Shown here: in pieces, positions 1-8,773 of the stretch
Layout of the letters: each line of letters opens with the position of its first letter
Numbering within the stretch: position 1 is the stretch's first letter
Source: Truepera sp.
GTDB taxonomy: Bacteria > Deinococcota > Deinococci > Deinococcales > Trueperaceae
Direction of reading: 5' to 3'
DNA: 64,000 bases
Assembly: GCA_965218435.1 (NCBI GenBank)
Contig: CBDCKW010000009.1
Span: forward strand, 2,176,001-2,240,000
Made by a program: the position numbers and the translations under genes
Notes under the pieces: model-generated
What the model was told of the DNA's origin: nothing
Seen by the model: the letters and a program-made list of their open reading frames with translations, nothing else
Databases searched by the model: none

Positions 1-1232
1 CCGCAGCCGACGGGAACATCATCTCGTTTGAACGTATCCGCGAAGAGCTGCGCGCCGGTAAGGGCCTCGGTCTGGCGATGAAAGCAGGCTTCAGCCACTC
101 GATTCCGGCCATTATTGACACGCACATGGCGATTTTGCTCTCAGCGGCGGCGCTGTATCAGTACACTACCGGCCCGGTCCGCGGCTTCGCTATCACACTC
201 GCCATCGGCGCGATCGCCTCGGTTTTTATGAACTCGGTAATGGTGCCGTTTGCCCTCAACACAGTGTTTTCGCGTTCGCGCCGTCCGCTTTTGCCCAAAG
301 GGATTCACGTCCAAGGCCTTAAGTTCGTCAACAAAGCGCCCGTTATTATGACGTTATCTCTCGTGTTGGCGGTCGCCGCGCTCGGCTTTGTCTTTGTCCG
401 CGGCCTCAACTTGTCCACCGACTTTACCGGCGGGAGCGACATCCTCCTCAGCGTTCCCGAGACGGTCAACGTCAGCGATGTGCGCAGCGGGATTGATCAG
501 CTCGGCGTGGCTGGCATCAACGGCTCAGGCGCAACCGTGCAAGAGGTGCAAGACACGACGATTGCCGGTAAAGAGATTTCGGTACGGGTCGGGCAAACGC
601 AAAATGAGGCTGACAGCGGCACCTTAGCGACCAAACTCGCGGCAGTCGTCGGCGGTCAGGTGTTGCAAAACAACTTCGTCGGGCCTTCGGTGGGTGAAGA
701 CCTGCGGCAGAGTGCGATTTTGGCGGCGCTCGTCGCGGTTGTGCTGATTCTCATTTACGTCGCGTGGCGCTTCTGGCCGAACTGGATTGTCGCGGTGGCG
801 TCTATTATCGCAACCGTTCACGACGTCGGGATTGTACTGGGAATTTTGGCGCTAGTCGGGGCACAGTTCAGCATTCCGGTTTTGGCCGCCATTTTGTTCG
901 TCATCGGCTACTCGCTCAACGATTCGATCATTATTTCCGACCGTATCCGCGAGAACTTACGCGTTCACAAAGGGATGGACTACCGCGAGCTCGTAGACAT
1001 GTCGGTCAACCAAACCCTATCCCGAACGCTGATGACCTCGCTGACGACGCTGTTACCGGTGCTGGCACTGTTTTTCTTCGGCGGCAGCGTGCTTCACGAC
1101 TTTAGCCTGGTACTCCTGATCGGCATCGGTTTCGGGACGTACTCGAGCATCTTCATTCTCGCCCCGATGGTCGTCTGGTTTCAAAACCGTCAGGGTAGAA
1201 GGCCAGCGAGAGCGCAGCGGCGCACCGCTTAA
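1..1232 (+). CDS. secDF: Protein translocase subunit SecDF (fused), 5' end outside the window
   Basis: The frame is open from base 3 and reads ADGNIISFERIREE (SecD motif) and GPVRGFAITLAIG. It then has the SecF motifs DFTGG, VGPSVG, GYSLNDSIIISDRIRE and QTLSRT. Confidence 0.95.
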   Translation, partial: AADGNIISFERIREELRAGKGLGLAMKAGFSHSIPAIIDTHMAILLSAAALYQYTTGPVRGFAITLAIGAIASVFMNSVMVPFALNTVFSRSRRPLLPKGIHVQGLKFVNKAPVIMTLSLVLAVAALGFVFVRGLNLSTDFTGGSDILLSVPETVNVSDVRSGIDQLGVAGINGSGATVQEVQDTTIAGKEISVRVGQTQNEADSGTLATKLAAVVGGQVLQNNFVGPSVGEDLRQSAILAALVAVVLILIYVAWRFWPNWIVAVASIIATVHDVGIVLGILALVGAQFSIPVLAAILFVIGYSLNDSIIISDRIRENLRVHKGMDYRELVDMSVNQTLSRTLMTSLTTLLPVLALFFFGGSVLHDFSLVLLIGIGFGTYSSIFILAPMVVWFQNRQGRRPARAQRRTA

Positions 1233-1258
1233 GTGGTCTAGCCGACTTCAAACCTTTT

Positions 1259-1291
1259 AGCAGGGTAGCTTTAACAGCTGCCCTGTTTCTT
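1259..1291 (+). terminator. Intrinsic terminator after secDF
   Basis: Stem CAGGGTAGCT / AGCTGCCCTG followed by TTTCTT. Confidence 0.65.
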
Positions 1292-1463
1292 GCTCTGCGA
1301 AAGCCAATACTATGAGTTTATAATGAGGTCATAGGAGGAACGGAGGCGAGGCGGCAAAATTATAAGAGCGGCGCAGCGAGGTGGTTTGAGGCTTAGCTGA
1401 CAGCCACTTTGTAGTTGGAAGTGCTGGGGGGCAATTTTGTAGGAGAACGCAAGGAGGTTCAAA

Positions 1464-2915
1464 ATGAGGTTTTCAGTTAAGTACTATGGTGCATTATTAT
1501 TTATGTCTCTGCTGCTGTCCGGGAAGGTACTTGCCCAAGAACAGTGGCAGCTTGATCAAGCAGCGGGGAAATACTGGCATGTAGAAAAAGACGAAGTTCG
1601 CTCATTCGACCTAAAAGAGGAAAATCCGGGACTAATCCGGGTAGCACCAGAGAAAGATGGCAAGATAAATATCACAATACTTGCACAACTTGAGCTTGAC
1701 ATGTCAGGTGACCCAAAAGTTCGTTACTCGTTTAACCAAGACATTCAAACGGCAGGCTCATCTTCTGAACAATGGCTAAATTTTAGTTTATTTGGCGCTA
1801 CACAAATGGTTGCTTCGCAAAAGTTTGTAAAGCAGTTCATGCACTGGGCTGAAGCAGATGGGTTCGTTGATGTTGAAATAACAGACAAGAACGGCGATGT
1901 AGCACTCTGCCGGTTTGTTCTCACAGGGTTTGCAAATATCTACAATGAGCTGGCTAGCGAGCTCAACATCGCACAGATTGGCCCGAACGCATCCGAAGGT
2001 TGGCAGATCGAAAAAGGCAGAATAACAAGAGTCACAAATGTTGATGGGCAGAAGATTAAAGTAGTTGTCATTGGTAGAGACGAAGAGCCCGAAATACGCT
2101 TTTACCCAGATGCCGAGTTTACACGTAACGGAGAAACTAGAGTTCGAGCTGATAATGACAGAGGAAATCTTGATCGCTTTGAGTTTTCGATCTGGTCAAC
2201 CGTTCTTGAAGAAGGCCGGCGTGGGTATTTAGTTGCACCCACATCAAAGTTCGACACACTCCAGGACTCATCTTCGATCCAGTACACAATTGAGTTAATA
2301 GATAGAAACGATAAGCATGTAGTAAGGACATTTGAGGTTGCAGATTTATTACCTGCTTTTGACACTATGCGTAGCCGATACCCTGAACTTGCGATCGGAT
2401 CGAAGAATTCTCAATACTATGTGCGTTTCAATGTAGAACCGGCTGGCGCAAAGGTTGCTATAGACGAGATGTTCATCTTTAGATGGGTTGAAAAGGGCTT
2501 TATAAGTGGCCCGTCTTCTACTGTTGAGCTTTCAGAAGGACTCTACAGATATAGAAGTTCGCTTCCGGACTACTTTGATTTCGACGGTGAATTTATAGTC
2601 CCAGAGGACACGATAATCAATATTGAAATGAAACCACCTTCTGGTGCACTAGCTGAGTCTATTGAAAATGGTTACGTCACAGCTGAGCTTATCGGTGAGG
2701 AGACTTGGCCATTTGAGGCTGATGAAGGCAATCTCTCATGTGAAGAAGACAGTATGGCCATAGTAGAGATAGATGACGAACGGTACGCGCTTAACCGCGC
2801 AGCTGAAGACCTTTACCCAACTGTTGAGCCTATGCTTGACTACGGCGAAGGTTTAGAAGATGTTTCGCCGTTTGTCGAAAGAGCCTTGAGTCTGTGTGGC
2901 TCTGTCGAGAACTGA
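1464..2915 (+). CDS. Secreted hypothetical protein with a PEGA-like segment and a C-terminal YebY/DUF2511-like domain
   Basis: SD AAGGAGG and a signal peptide ending VLA-Q. The segment VRFNVEPAGAKVAID...LSEGLYRY is PEGA-like. The C-terminus WPF..EG.L.C...YALN..A...SPFVERALSLC resembles YebY. The gene is visibly AT-richer than its flanks. Confidence 0.7.
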   Translation: MRFSVKYYGALLFMSLLLSGKVLAQEQWQLDQAAGKYWHVEKDEVRSFDLKEENPGLIRVAPEKDGKINITILAQLELDMSGDPKVRYSFNQDIQTAGSSSEQWLNFSLFGATQMVASQKFVKQFMHWAEADGFVDVEITDKNGDVALCRFVLTGFANIYNELASELNIAQIGPNASEGWQIEKGRITRVTNVDGQKIKVVVIGRDEEPEIRFYPDAEFTRNGETRVRADNDRGNLDRFEFSIWSTVLEEGRRGYLVAPTSKFDTLQDSSSIQYTIELIDRNDKHVVRTFEVADLLPAFDTMRSRYPELAIGSKNSQYYVRFNVEPAGAKVAIDEMFIFRWVEKGFISGPSSTVELSEGLYRYRSSLPDYFDFDGEFIVPEDTIINIEMKPPSGALAESIENGYVTAELIGEETWPFEADEGNLSCEEDSMAIVEIDDERYALNRAAEDLYPTVEPMLDYGEGLEDVSPFVERALSLCGSVEN

Positions 2916-2957
2916 ATTGATTGGGTCTCGCATTACTATGAACTGCTAAAGTAAGGA

Positions 2958-3194
2958 ATGAGCACTCGAGTCACCCTCACCAGCAAAGGGCAGATGACGA
3001 TTCCACAAGAGGTGCGGCAACGCTTAGGACTCAAACAGGGCGATCAGGTCGTGTTCGTCACCGAAAACGGGCCGACCGTGATGAAACCGGCGCGAGGCGA
3101 GGACAATCCTTTTATACAGTATGCCGGGGCGTTGGGAACCTTTGAAACCGAGGCCGAAGTCAACGCTTGGTTAAGCGACCTACGAGACGACTAG
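2958..3194 (+). CDS. AbrB/MazE/SpoVT-family antitoxin-like DNA-binding protein, no adjacent toxin
   Basis: TLTSKGQMTIPQEVRQRLGLKQGDQVVF signature. An inverted repeat TTACT...AGTAA lies just upstream (2933-2954). Confidence 0.88.
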   Translation: MSTRVTLTSKGQMTIPQEVRQRLGLKQGDQVVFVTENGPTVMKPARGEDNPFIQYAGALGTFETEAEVNAWLSDLRDD

Positions 3195-3301
3195 GTGCTT
3201 TATGCAAGCAATTTTGTAGAGTGCCCTAGCCACACCGATTCGGCGGCTACCTCGTCGTTGGCAGGATCAAACCACCGGCTAGCCAGTCGGCTTCAGGAAC
3301 C

Positions 3302-4852
3302 TTAGAAGCGTAGTTCGTGCTCACCTTTAGCGGGAAGCGTTAGAAGCGCGTTCATTACGGTGTCTAGCCCAAACTTGAGAAAGAAACTAAAGGGGCTGAT
3401 AAGCCGCTCCTGGGGCGTGCCGTCAGGCAAGAGGTGAGCGTGCAAGCGCCCGAACTGCCGCGTATAGATGTCGTCTCGGTCCGCGAGGGCGGCGGCACTT
3501 TTGGTCTCGAGCCTTTCGAAAATCTCTTTTAGCTCGGTTTCGGCGCGGCTCACCGTCCGCTCGAGCGTCGGGTCAATGGCCGACACGTCGGCGCGTAGAG
3601 AAGCGGCGAGGTTTTGAAGGGCGCGGAGGCGGTTGTCAAACGCGAGTTTGTGACCGTGCAGCCTCAGCAGCGTTTGCGCTTCAAGTCCCTGCCAATCGGC
3701 TTGCAGCGCCCCGGCGCTCAGACCAAATTTGGCTAACATACGCGCAACCGGGGGTTCCAATATCGTAACGGTTGTGCGCGGCCAGATTAAGGGCATCGCC
3801 ACGCCGTGCTGCTCATAGACGCCCCGCAGTTGCGCGATATAGCGTAGTTCGCCCGGTCCAACGACGGTCGCCGCCGTCGGGAGAGCCGCATCTTGGGTGA
3901 TCGGCCGCAGCCCCGCAGCTGGCGTGATGCAGGTGGGGTCGGCGTCCAGGCGGGTGAGCAGCTCGCCTTGGCCGTAGCAACCCACGTCCGTTTGGAAAGT
4001 CGCACCGTCAAAACGTAAAAGACGCCGCTGGCCGTCAGTCGTTAAAAAAAGGTTCGTCGCACCCTCAGCGCGTCCGAGTTGCGGCGTATAACCCAGCTCC
4101 CTGAGCGTAGCAGCAGCGGTGTTCACGCTCTCTCCCGAGCGGAGCGGGTCGCTGAGTTCGGCGCGTAAAATCGGCGCAAAGAGTCTAGCGGCGTCAGGCT
4201 CGAGCGGATTGAGTACCACCAGTCCCTGAGCGCCTAAAAGCTCATAAAGGAGCGCCCCGAACCAGTCGGCAAACGTTTCAGAACGGGCGGCAGTGCGGCG
4301 CAAGAGATTAGTGATCTCCTGCTTGTACGCTTCAGGCCCGCGAAACGCCTTCAAATCTTGCAGAACTGTCTGAGGCCACACTTCAGAGAGTGCGATACGA
4401 CCTGCTGGCACCCCTTCAGGAAGAGGGAGCGAAAGGCGGTGAAGCGTTTCGTCCATATCAAGCAGGTAGGCGTGGTCAATCTCGGCGCTGTCGGCGTCTT
4501 GGGCGGCCAACCAGAACACCGGCACCACCGGACGCGCCTCGGTGCTCAGCTGCGCCGCGAGTTTCACCGCGCTGACGGCTTTGCTCAGGGTGTAGAGCGG
4601 CCCCAGCAAGAGACCTGTCTGCTGTCCGGTAACGACCACGCGGCTGTCAGGGTGTTTGAGTTTCTCTAAAGACTCAAACACCGCTGCGGGTGCCTCTAAC
4701 CGCTCAGCTTGCCGCCCCAACACTTCAGCGAGGTGTAACCGGTCTACCGGACGAGGTTGCGCTAAAGCCGCCTCGGTTGCCCCCGGCTCGAAGGCAAAGA
4801 GGGTGCTCAAGTCGTGGTTTTGGTAGGCGGTTTCAAAAGGAGTCGGCGGCAC
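3302..4852 (-). CDS. bshC: Bacillithiol biosynthesis cysteine-adding enzyme BshC
   Basis: Motifs VVTGQQTGLLLGPLYTLSKA, VPVFWLAAQDADSAEI, LRPITQD, GPGELRY and PQER. Confidence 0.92.
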   Translation of the reverse strand: MPPTPFETAYQNHDLSTLFAFEPGATEAALAQPRPVDRLHLAEVLGRQAERLEAPAAVFESLEKLKHPDSRVVVTGQQTGLLLGPLYTLSKAVSAVKLAAQLSTEARPVVPVFWLAAQDADSAEIDHAYLLDMDETLHRLSLPLPEGVPAGRIALSEVWPQTVLQDLKAFRGPEAYKQEITNLLRRTAARSETFADWFGALLYELLGAQGLVVLNPLEPDAARLFAPILRAELSDPLRSGESVNTAAATLRELGYTPQLGRAEGATNLFLTTDGQRRLLRFDGATFQTDVGCYGQGELLTRLDADPTCITPAAGLRPITQDAALPTAATVVGPGELRYIAQLRGVYEQHGVAMPLIWPRTTVTILEPPVARMLAKFGLSAGALQADWQGLEAQTLLRLHGHKLAFDNRLRALQNLAASLRADVSAIDPTLERTVSRAETELKEIFERLETKSAAALADRDDIYTRQFGRLHAHLLPDGTPQERLISPFSFFLKFGLDTVMNALLTLPAKGEHELRF

Positions 4853-4944
4853 ACGTCAGCGTACCGTGAGGTTTTTGGCAGCGGCGTAGGATACGCTGCG
4901 AACGAGTTGGGTAGAACCTGTCCATACCTGCGCCGTTATCAGAA

Positions 4945-5250
4945 TTAGCGGGGTTCAACCTTACCAAGCAGCGGAGCCATGCCCAGACGGACAATGTAGC
5001 TCTGCTGCCCCCGTTTGGCGCGGTAACGTCCAAACAAGTCGCACAGTTCTTTTTGTAGGGCTTTCGCCTCTGCGAGTCGAGCGTGATGTCCTCGGCCCAC
5101 AGGTCTACGAGCGCCGGTGTGCGCTCGTCGAGAAAGTTCCAACTGCTCTGGGGACCGGTGGCGTTTTGTACGGTTAAACGTCCTCCCTAGAGCCCTACGC
5201 GTACACCCCAGACGCGCTCGCCTTGAGCGCCTAGTTCACTTAAAGCAGGC
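4945..5250 (-). pseudogene. Disrupted C-terminal remnant of a Deinococcales-type HTH regulator-like gene
   Basis: The minus strand reads ..ERVWGVRVGL*GGRLTVQNATGPQSSWNFLDERTPALVDLWAEDITLD. A 1-nt frameshift then leads into AEAKALQKELCDLFGRYRAKRGQQSYIVRLGMAPL. There is one in-frame TAG, one frameshift and no 5' part. Confidence 0.5.
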
Positions 5251-5479
5251 CGTAAAGCCCAAGCTGTAACCGTATGGACCTTACTTTCGGGTCGTCTCTC
5301 CTGCTGAGCCGGGTTTAGAGCAAGCCAGCTTTAACGAAGTACAGATGTTACGATAGCAGTTGTGTGTAACGCCGTGCGTCACCCTTGCAGTTTTTACGCC
5401 AAAGTCTGCGCCAAACCTTCTCTTTTAGCCCTTTCCGTATCCATTTTGAGCAACCAGGCAGGCCGCCGGGGGACAAGCT

Positions 5480-6196
5480 ATGCAGCTCCGCGTTGACCTG
5501 CGGCCCAGCGGCGACTACCCCGACGTGGTGGTCGTGATCGACGTGCTCCGGACCGGTACGCTCGCGCCGCTACTTTTTAGCCGGGGTTTGGAGACGCTCT
5601 ATTTAGGCTCCAGCATCCGCGCCGCCCGCCACCTCGCTGACGAACGCGGGCTGCTGCTCTTCGGCGAAAGGGACGGGTTGCCGCTCGAGGGCTTTAACTA
5701 CGGCGCTTCACCTGCCGAAGCCTCTCACGCCGACGTCGCGGGGCGCTCCGCCGTCCTCGTTTCGGAGAACGGTCCCCGTGTGCTGGAGCGCACCACCGGC
5801 GCACGTCACGTACTACTCGGCTCACTCTACAACGCTGAGGCGACAGCGGCGCTCGCCGCGTCCCTCGCGCAAACGGAAATCGCCCTGATCTGCACGGGCT
5901 TTCGCGGCGACGAAGACCTAGACGATACACTCTGCGCCGGATTTTTAGCCGCGCAACTTAAACGGCGGTTACCCGGCGCTCAGCTGAGCGGCGCGGCGCT
6001 TTACGCCATCGGCTTTTTAGGCGCGTTTCCCGCACCGGTGGGGGCACTGTGGGGCTCGAGAGCCGGACATCTGCTCCGCCGCTTTGACCTCACCGGCGAC
6101 CTCGCGCTGAGCAGTCTCGTCTCGCAGACGCAGTTGGTGCCGCGCCTAAGTGAAGCCGACGAAGGCGCACACTACCGTTTTACGGCCTCTGTATAA
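5480..6196 (+). CDS. comB: 2-phosphosulfolactate phosphatase family (ComB)
   Basis: Motifs VVVIDVLRTGT, LLFGERDGLPLEGFNYGASP, SENG, GSLYNA and LDDTLCAG. Confidence 0.85.
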   Translation: MQLRVDLRPSGDYPDVVVVIDVLRTGTLAPLLFSRGLETLYLGSSIRAARHLADERGLLLFGERDGLPLEGFNYGASPAEASHADVAGRSAVLVSENGPRVLERTTGARHVLLGSLYNAEATAALAASLAQTEIALICTGFRGDEDLDDTLCAGFLAAQLKRRLPGAQLSGAALYAIGFLGAFPAPVGALWGSRAGHLLRRFDLTGDLALSSLVSQTQLVPRLSEADEGAHYRFTASV

Positions 6197-6248
6197 ACAC
6201 GAATGATGGCTGCTCAGATATTAGGGATACCAAGTACAGCTCGAGACG

Positions 6249-7007
6249 ATGACGAGAACGCCTAAGACCAGACGGGTAGCGCAACCGTTTCAGACGACGA
6301 CGATACTCGGGTTTGAAGTTGCCAAGGTAACGTTGCCGGAGGCGACCACTTGGGCGTTAGAAGTAACGCAGCGCGGCGGCGCACCCCAACTCCTCGTTAC
6401 CTTAAATCCGGAAATTGTCGTCCAAGCCGCGTCACGGCAAGACCTGAAAGAGGCGCTCGAGCAAGCCGACCTGAGCGTCGCTGACGGCGTAGGTATCTTG
6501 TGGGCGGCGCGGCAGCGTGACGAGCGGTTACCGGAACGCGTTCCCGGCGTCGAGCTGATGACCGGGCTTTTAGAACGCGGCGGGAAGAACCTGCGCGTGT
6601 ACTTTTTGGGAGCCAAACCCGGTGTCGCCGAACGCGCGGCCAAAGTTGCCACCGAACGTTTCGGTACGGCGGTCGCCGGGGTCCAGCACGGCTATTTTAG
6701 ACGGCCTGATGATATTCCAGCGGTTGTGAAGCAAGTTTCTGAGAGCGGCGCACAACTCCTTTTGTGCGGCCTCGGTGAAGGGCAAGAACTCTTTTTGCAC
6801 GCGCACCGCGCTGAGCTGAACGTCCCGCTGCTGCTGGGCGTCGGCGGCGCACTCGATGTGCTGGCGGGTGAGGTCAAACGGACGCCGACGTGGACGCACA
6901 GAGCGGGGCTCGAGTGGGCCTACCGGGTCGGTTCAGACCCCAAACGCTGGCACCGTTTTCCGAGACTATTAGAGTTTGTCCGGCTGGTGTTGGCCGACCA
7001 AACATAG
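6249..7007 (+). CDS. WecB/TagA/CpsF-family glycosyltransferase
   Basis: Motifs VTLNPE, ADGVGILWAAR, ERVPGVEL, GVGGALDVLAG and GLEWAYR. Confidence 0.92.
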   Translation: MTRTPKTRRVAQPFQTTTILGFEVAKVTLPEATTWALEVTQRGGAPQLLVTLNPEIVVQAASRQDLKEALEQADLSVADGVGILWAARQRDERLPERVPGVELMTGLLERGGKNLRVYFLGAKPGVAERAAKVATERFGTAVAGVQHGYFRRPDDIPAVVKQVSESGAQLLLCGLGEGQELFLHAHRAELNVPLLLGVGGALDVLAGEVKRTPTWTHRAGLEWAYRVGSDPKRWHRFPRLLEFVRLVLADQT

Positions 7008-7124
7008 AAGAGGTAGCTTTGACGCATTTTAAGGTTGACTTACGCTTTTGGAAAGCCTTCACACTTACCAAAACACTATGGTTTAAGCGCCGCTTGACAG
7101 GAGATAGCAAAACCAAACCCAGCT

Positions 7125-7868
7125 TTACTTGGCGACGATAACCGCCCAGTGCCGCCCTGTTCGGCCCCGGTCACGCCGATGCGAAAAAAAGCGTTCGGGG
7201 TCGGCGTAGGTACAAAGCCTACTCTCCCACAGATGTTCGGGCTTGACGCCGAGCCCCAGCAGCGCCCAGCGGTTGGCAGCCGCAACATCTAGCAGAAACC
7301 GCCCGGTGCCGTCCGGCTCATAGATAGATTCTGGAAACTCAGCTCTCCGAAACTCAGCGACGACCTCCGCGCCCACCTGATAGTTGGGTTTTGAGATCGC
7401 CGGACCGAACGCGACCCGCAGGTCAGGCGGGTCACTGCCGTAAAGCTCGATAAGTTTATGTACCGTCGCCGCAGCGATACCTTTTACGGTGCCGCGCCAG
7501 CCGCAGTGCGCCGCGCCGACCGCGCCGGTTACGGGGTCGTAAAAAAGGACAGGCAAGCAGTCGGCGGTGCTGATCACAAGGGCTAACCCCGGGGTATTTG
7601 ACACGGCTGCGTCCGCTTCTTCTACAAACCAGCTCGGTGCGCCCGTTAAAACCCGTGCTCCGTGAACCTGACTAAACGCACACGTGCTGTGCTCATCCGC
7701 GCCAAACAGCTCGAGCACGCGGCAGCGGTTCTCAGCGACGGGGGCTTCAGCGTCTCCGCTCGAGAGTCCCAGGTTAAGGCTCGAGTACGGCCCCTCACTG
7801 ACGCCGCCTACCCGGGTCGTAAACCCGTGTAAGACCGGAATATGAGGTGCTCGGAGCAAGTCCATCAT
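7125..7868 (-). CDS. pgeF: Peptidoglycan editing factor PgeF (YfiH family)
   Basis: Motifs FTTRVGGVS, SLNLG, QVHG, TADCLPV, AHCGWRG and FFSHRR. Confidence 0.93.
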   Translation of the reverse strand: MMDLLRAPHIPVLHGFTTRVGGVSEGPYSSLNLGLSSGDAEAPVAENRCRVLELFGADEHSTCAFSQVHGARVLTGAPSWFVEEADAAVSNTPGLALVISTADCLPVLFYDPVTGAVGAAHCGWRGTVKGIAAATVHKLIELYGSDPPDLRVAFGPAISKPNYQVGAEVVAEFRRAEFPESIYEPDGTGRFLLDVAAANRWALLGLGVKPEHLWESRLCTYADPERFFSHRRDRGRTGRHWAVIVAK

Positions 7869-8257
7869 GACGCCTCAGCCAACCAGACGAAAAACGCAAT
7901 CAGCACGAATTGCAGCGCCAACCGCCAAAAGAGCAGATACGCCGACAGGCCCTGAACCCCGACGCTGGCCAGGGCGAAGAGCATCTGCAGATGCACAAGC
8001 AAAAACGCGACCATCAGGAGCGCCAACCCATACGCTGCGGGCCGCCGGTAGCGCCGTAAAAAGAGGCCGACACCGCCCAAGATTTCTAAAATGCCGCTCA
8101 GCAGCACCCACAAGAGCGGCGCAGCGAACCACGGCGGCATAACCTGGACATAAAAGCCCGGTCGGACAAAGTGCAGCGTACCCGCCAAAACAAAGATGAT
8201 CCCGGTTACGGTGCGAATAACAGTGCGAAGCGTAGCCTTCATTCCTGACCCTATCAT
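7865..8257 (-). CDS. DoxX-like membrane protein
   Basis: AGTLHF..P..Y...MPPW and SGILEILGG.GL motifs, with four hydrophobic segments. Confidence 0.8.
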   Translation of the reverse strand: MIGSGMKATLRTVIRTVTGIIFVLAGTLHFVRPGFYVQVMPPWFAAPLLWVLLSGILEILGGVGLFLRRYRRPAAYGLALLMVAFLLVHLQMLFALASVGVQGLSAYLLFWRLALQFVLIAFFVWLAEAS

Positions 8258-8526
8258 TGCAGGAGCAAATTGCTCTCGGCCAGTAGTAGCGCAAGTTTAC
8301 GCGCCCGCGAAAACCGTTTAATTGCCGCTTCGCGTTTAAGGGCGGCACTCTGGGTGGGGGCGTCCTCAAGGTATACCAGCACGCCGGGGCCGTTACGCCG
8401 CACATACGCCGCGCCGCGCCCGCTGTTATGGGCTTTTAGACGGCGCGTTACGTCGGTAGTCACGCCCGTATAAAGCGTACCCCCGGCGCAGCGCAAGATG
8501 TAGATTTGCCAGTTGGGGTTTTTCAC
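8254..8526 (-). CDS. GIY-YIG nuclease family protein (UPF0213/YhbQ-like)
   Basis: IYILRCAGGTLYTGVTTDVTRRLKAHNSGRGAAY and ALKREAAIK. Confidence 0.92.
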   Translation of the reverse strand: MKNPNWQIYILRCAGGTLYTGVTTDVTRRLKAHNSGRGAAYVRRNGPGVLVYLEDAPTQSAALKREAAIKRFSRARKLALLLAESNLLLQ

Positions 8527-8773
8527 CCGCGCAGGTGAAACGCTGCGTTTACAAAAAGCTCCGACCCCGGATAGTAAGAACCGGAGCCTATAGCACCGTC
8601 AAGTGGTGAAGCCAAAAATGAAGTTGGGCCGGTCGTTGGGTCGTCTTGGTCTCGCTGAAAGCGCCCTAGCGGTGTGCTCACCTCAGGAGCATACCAAGAC
8701 TTTTAGCAAATTTTTTAGAGCTGGGGCCGCACGCTCCCCTTACCTTTTAGCGCCGCCGCCTATGCGAAACTAG

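Noticed and set aside
4860..5479. Possible tmRNA or RNase P RNA in the long bshC-comB gap
   Set aside because: No tRNA-like ends or RNase P core motifs; a decayed coding sequence explains it better.
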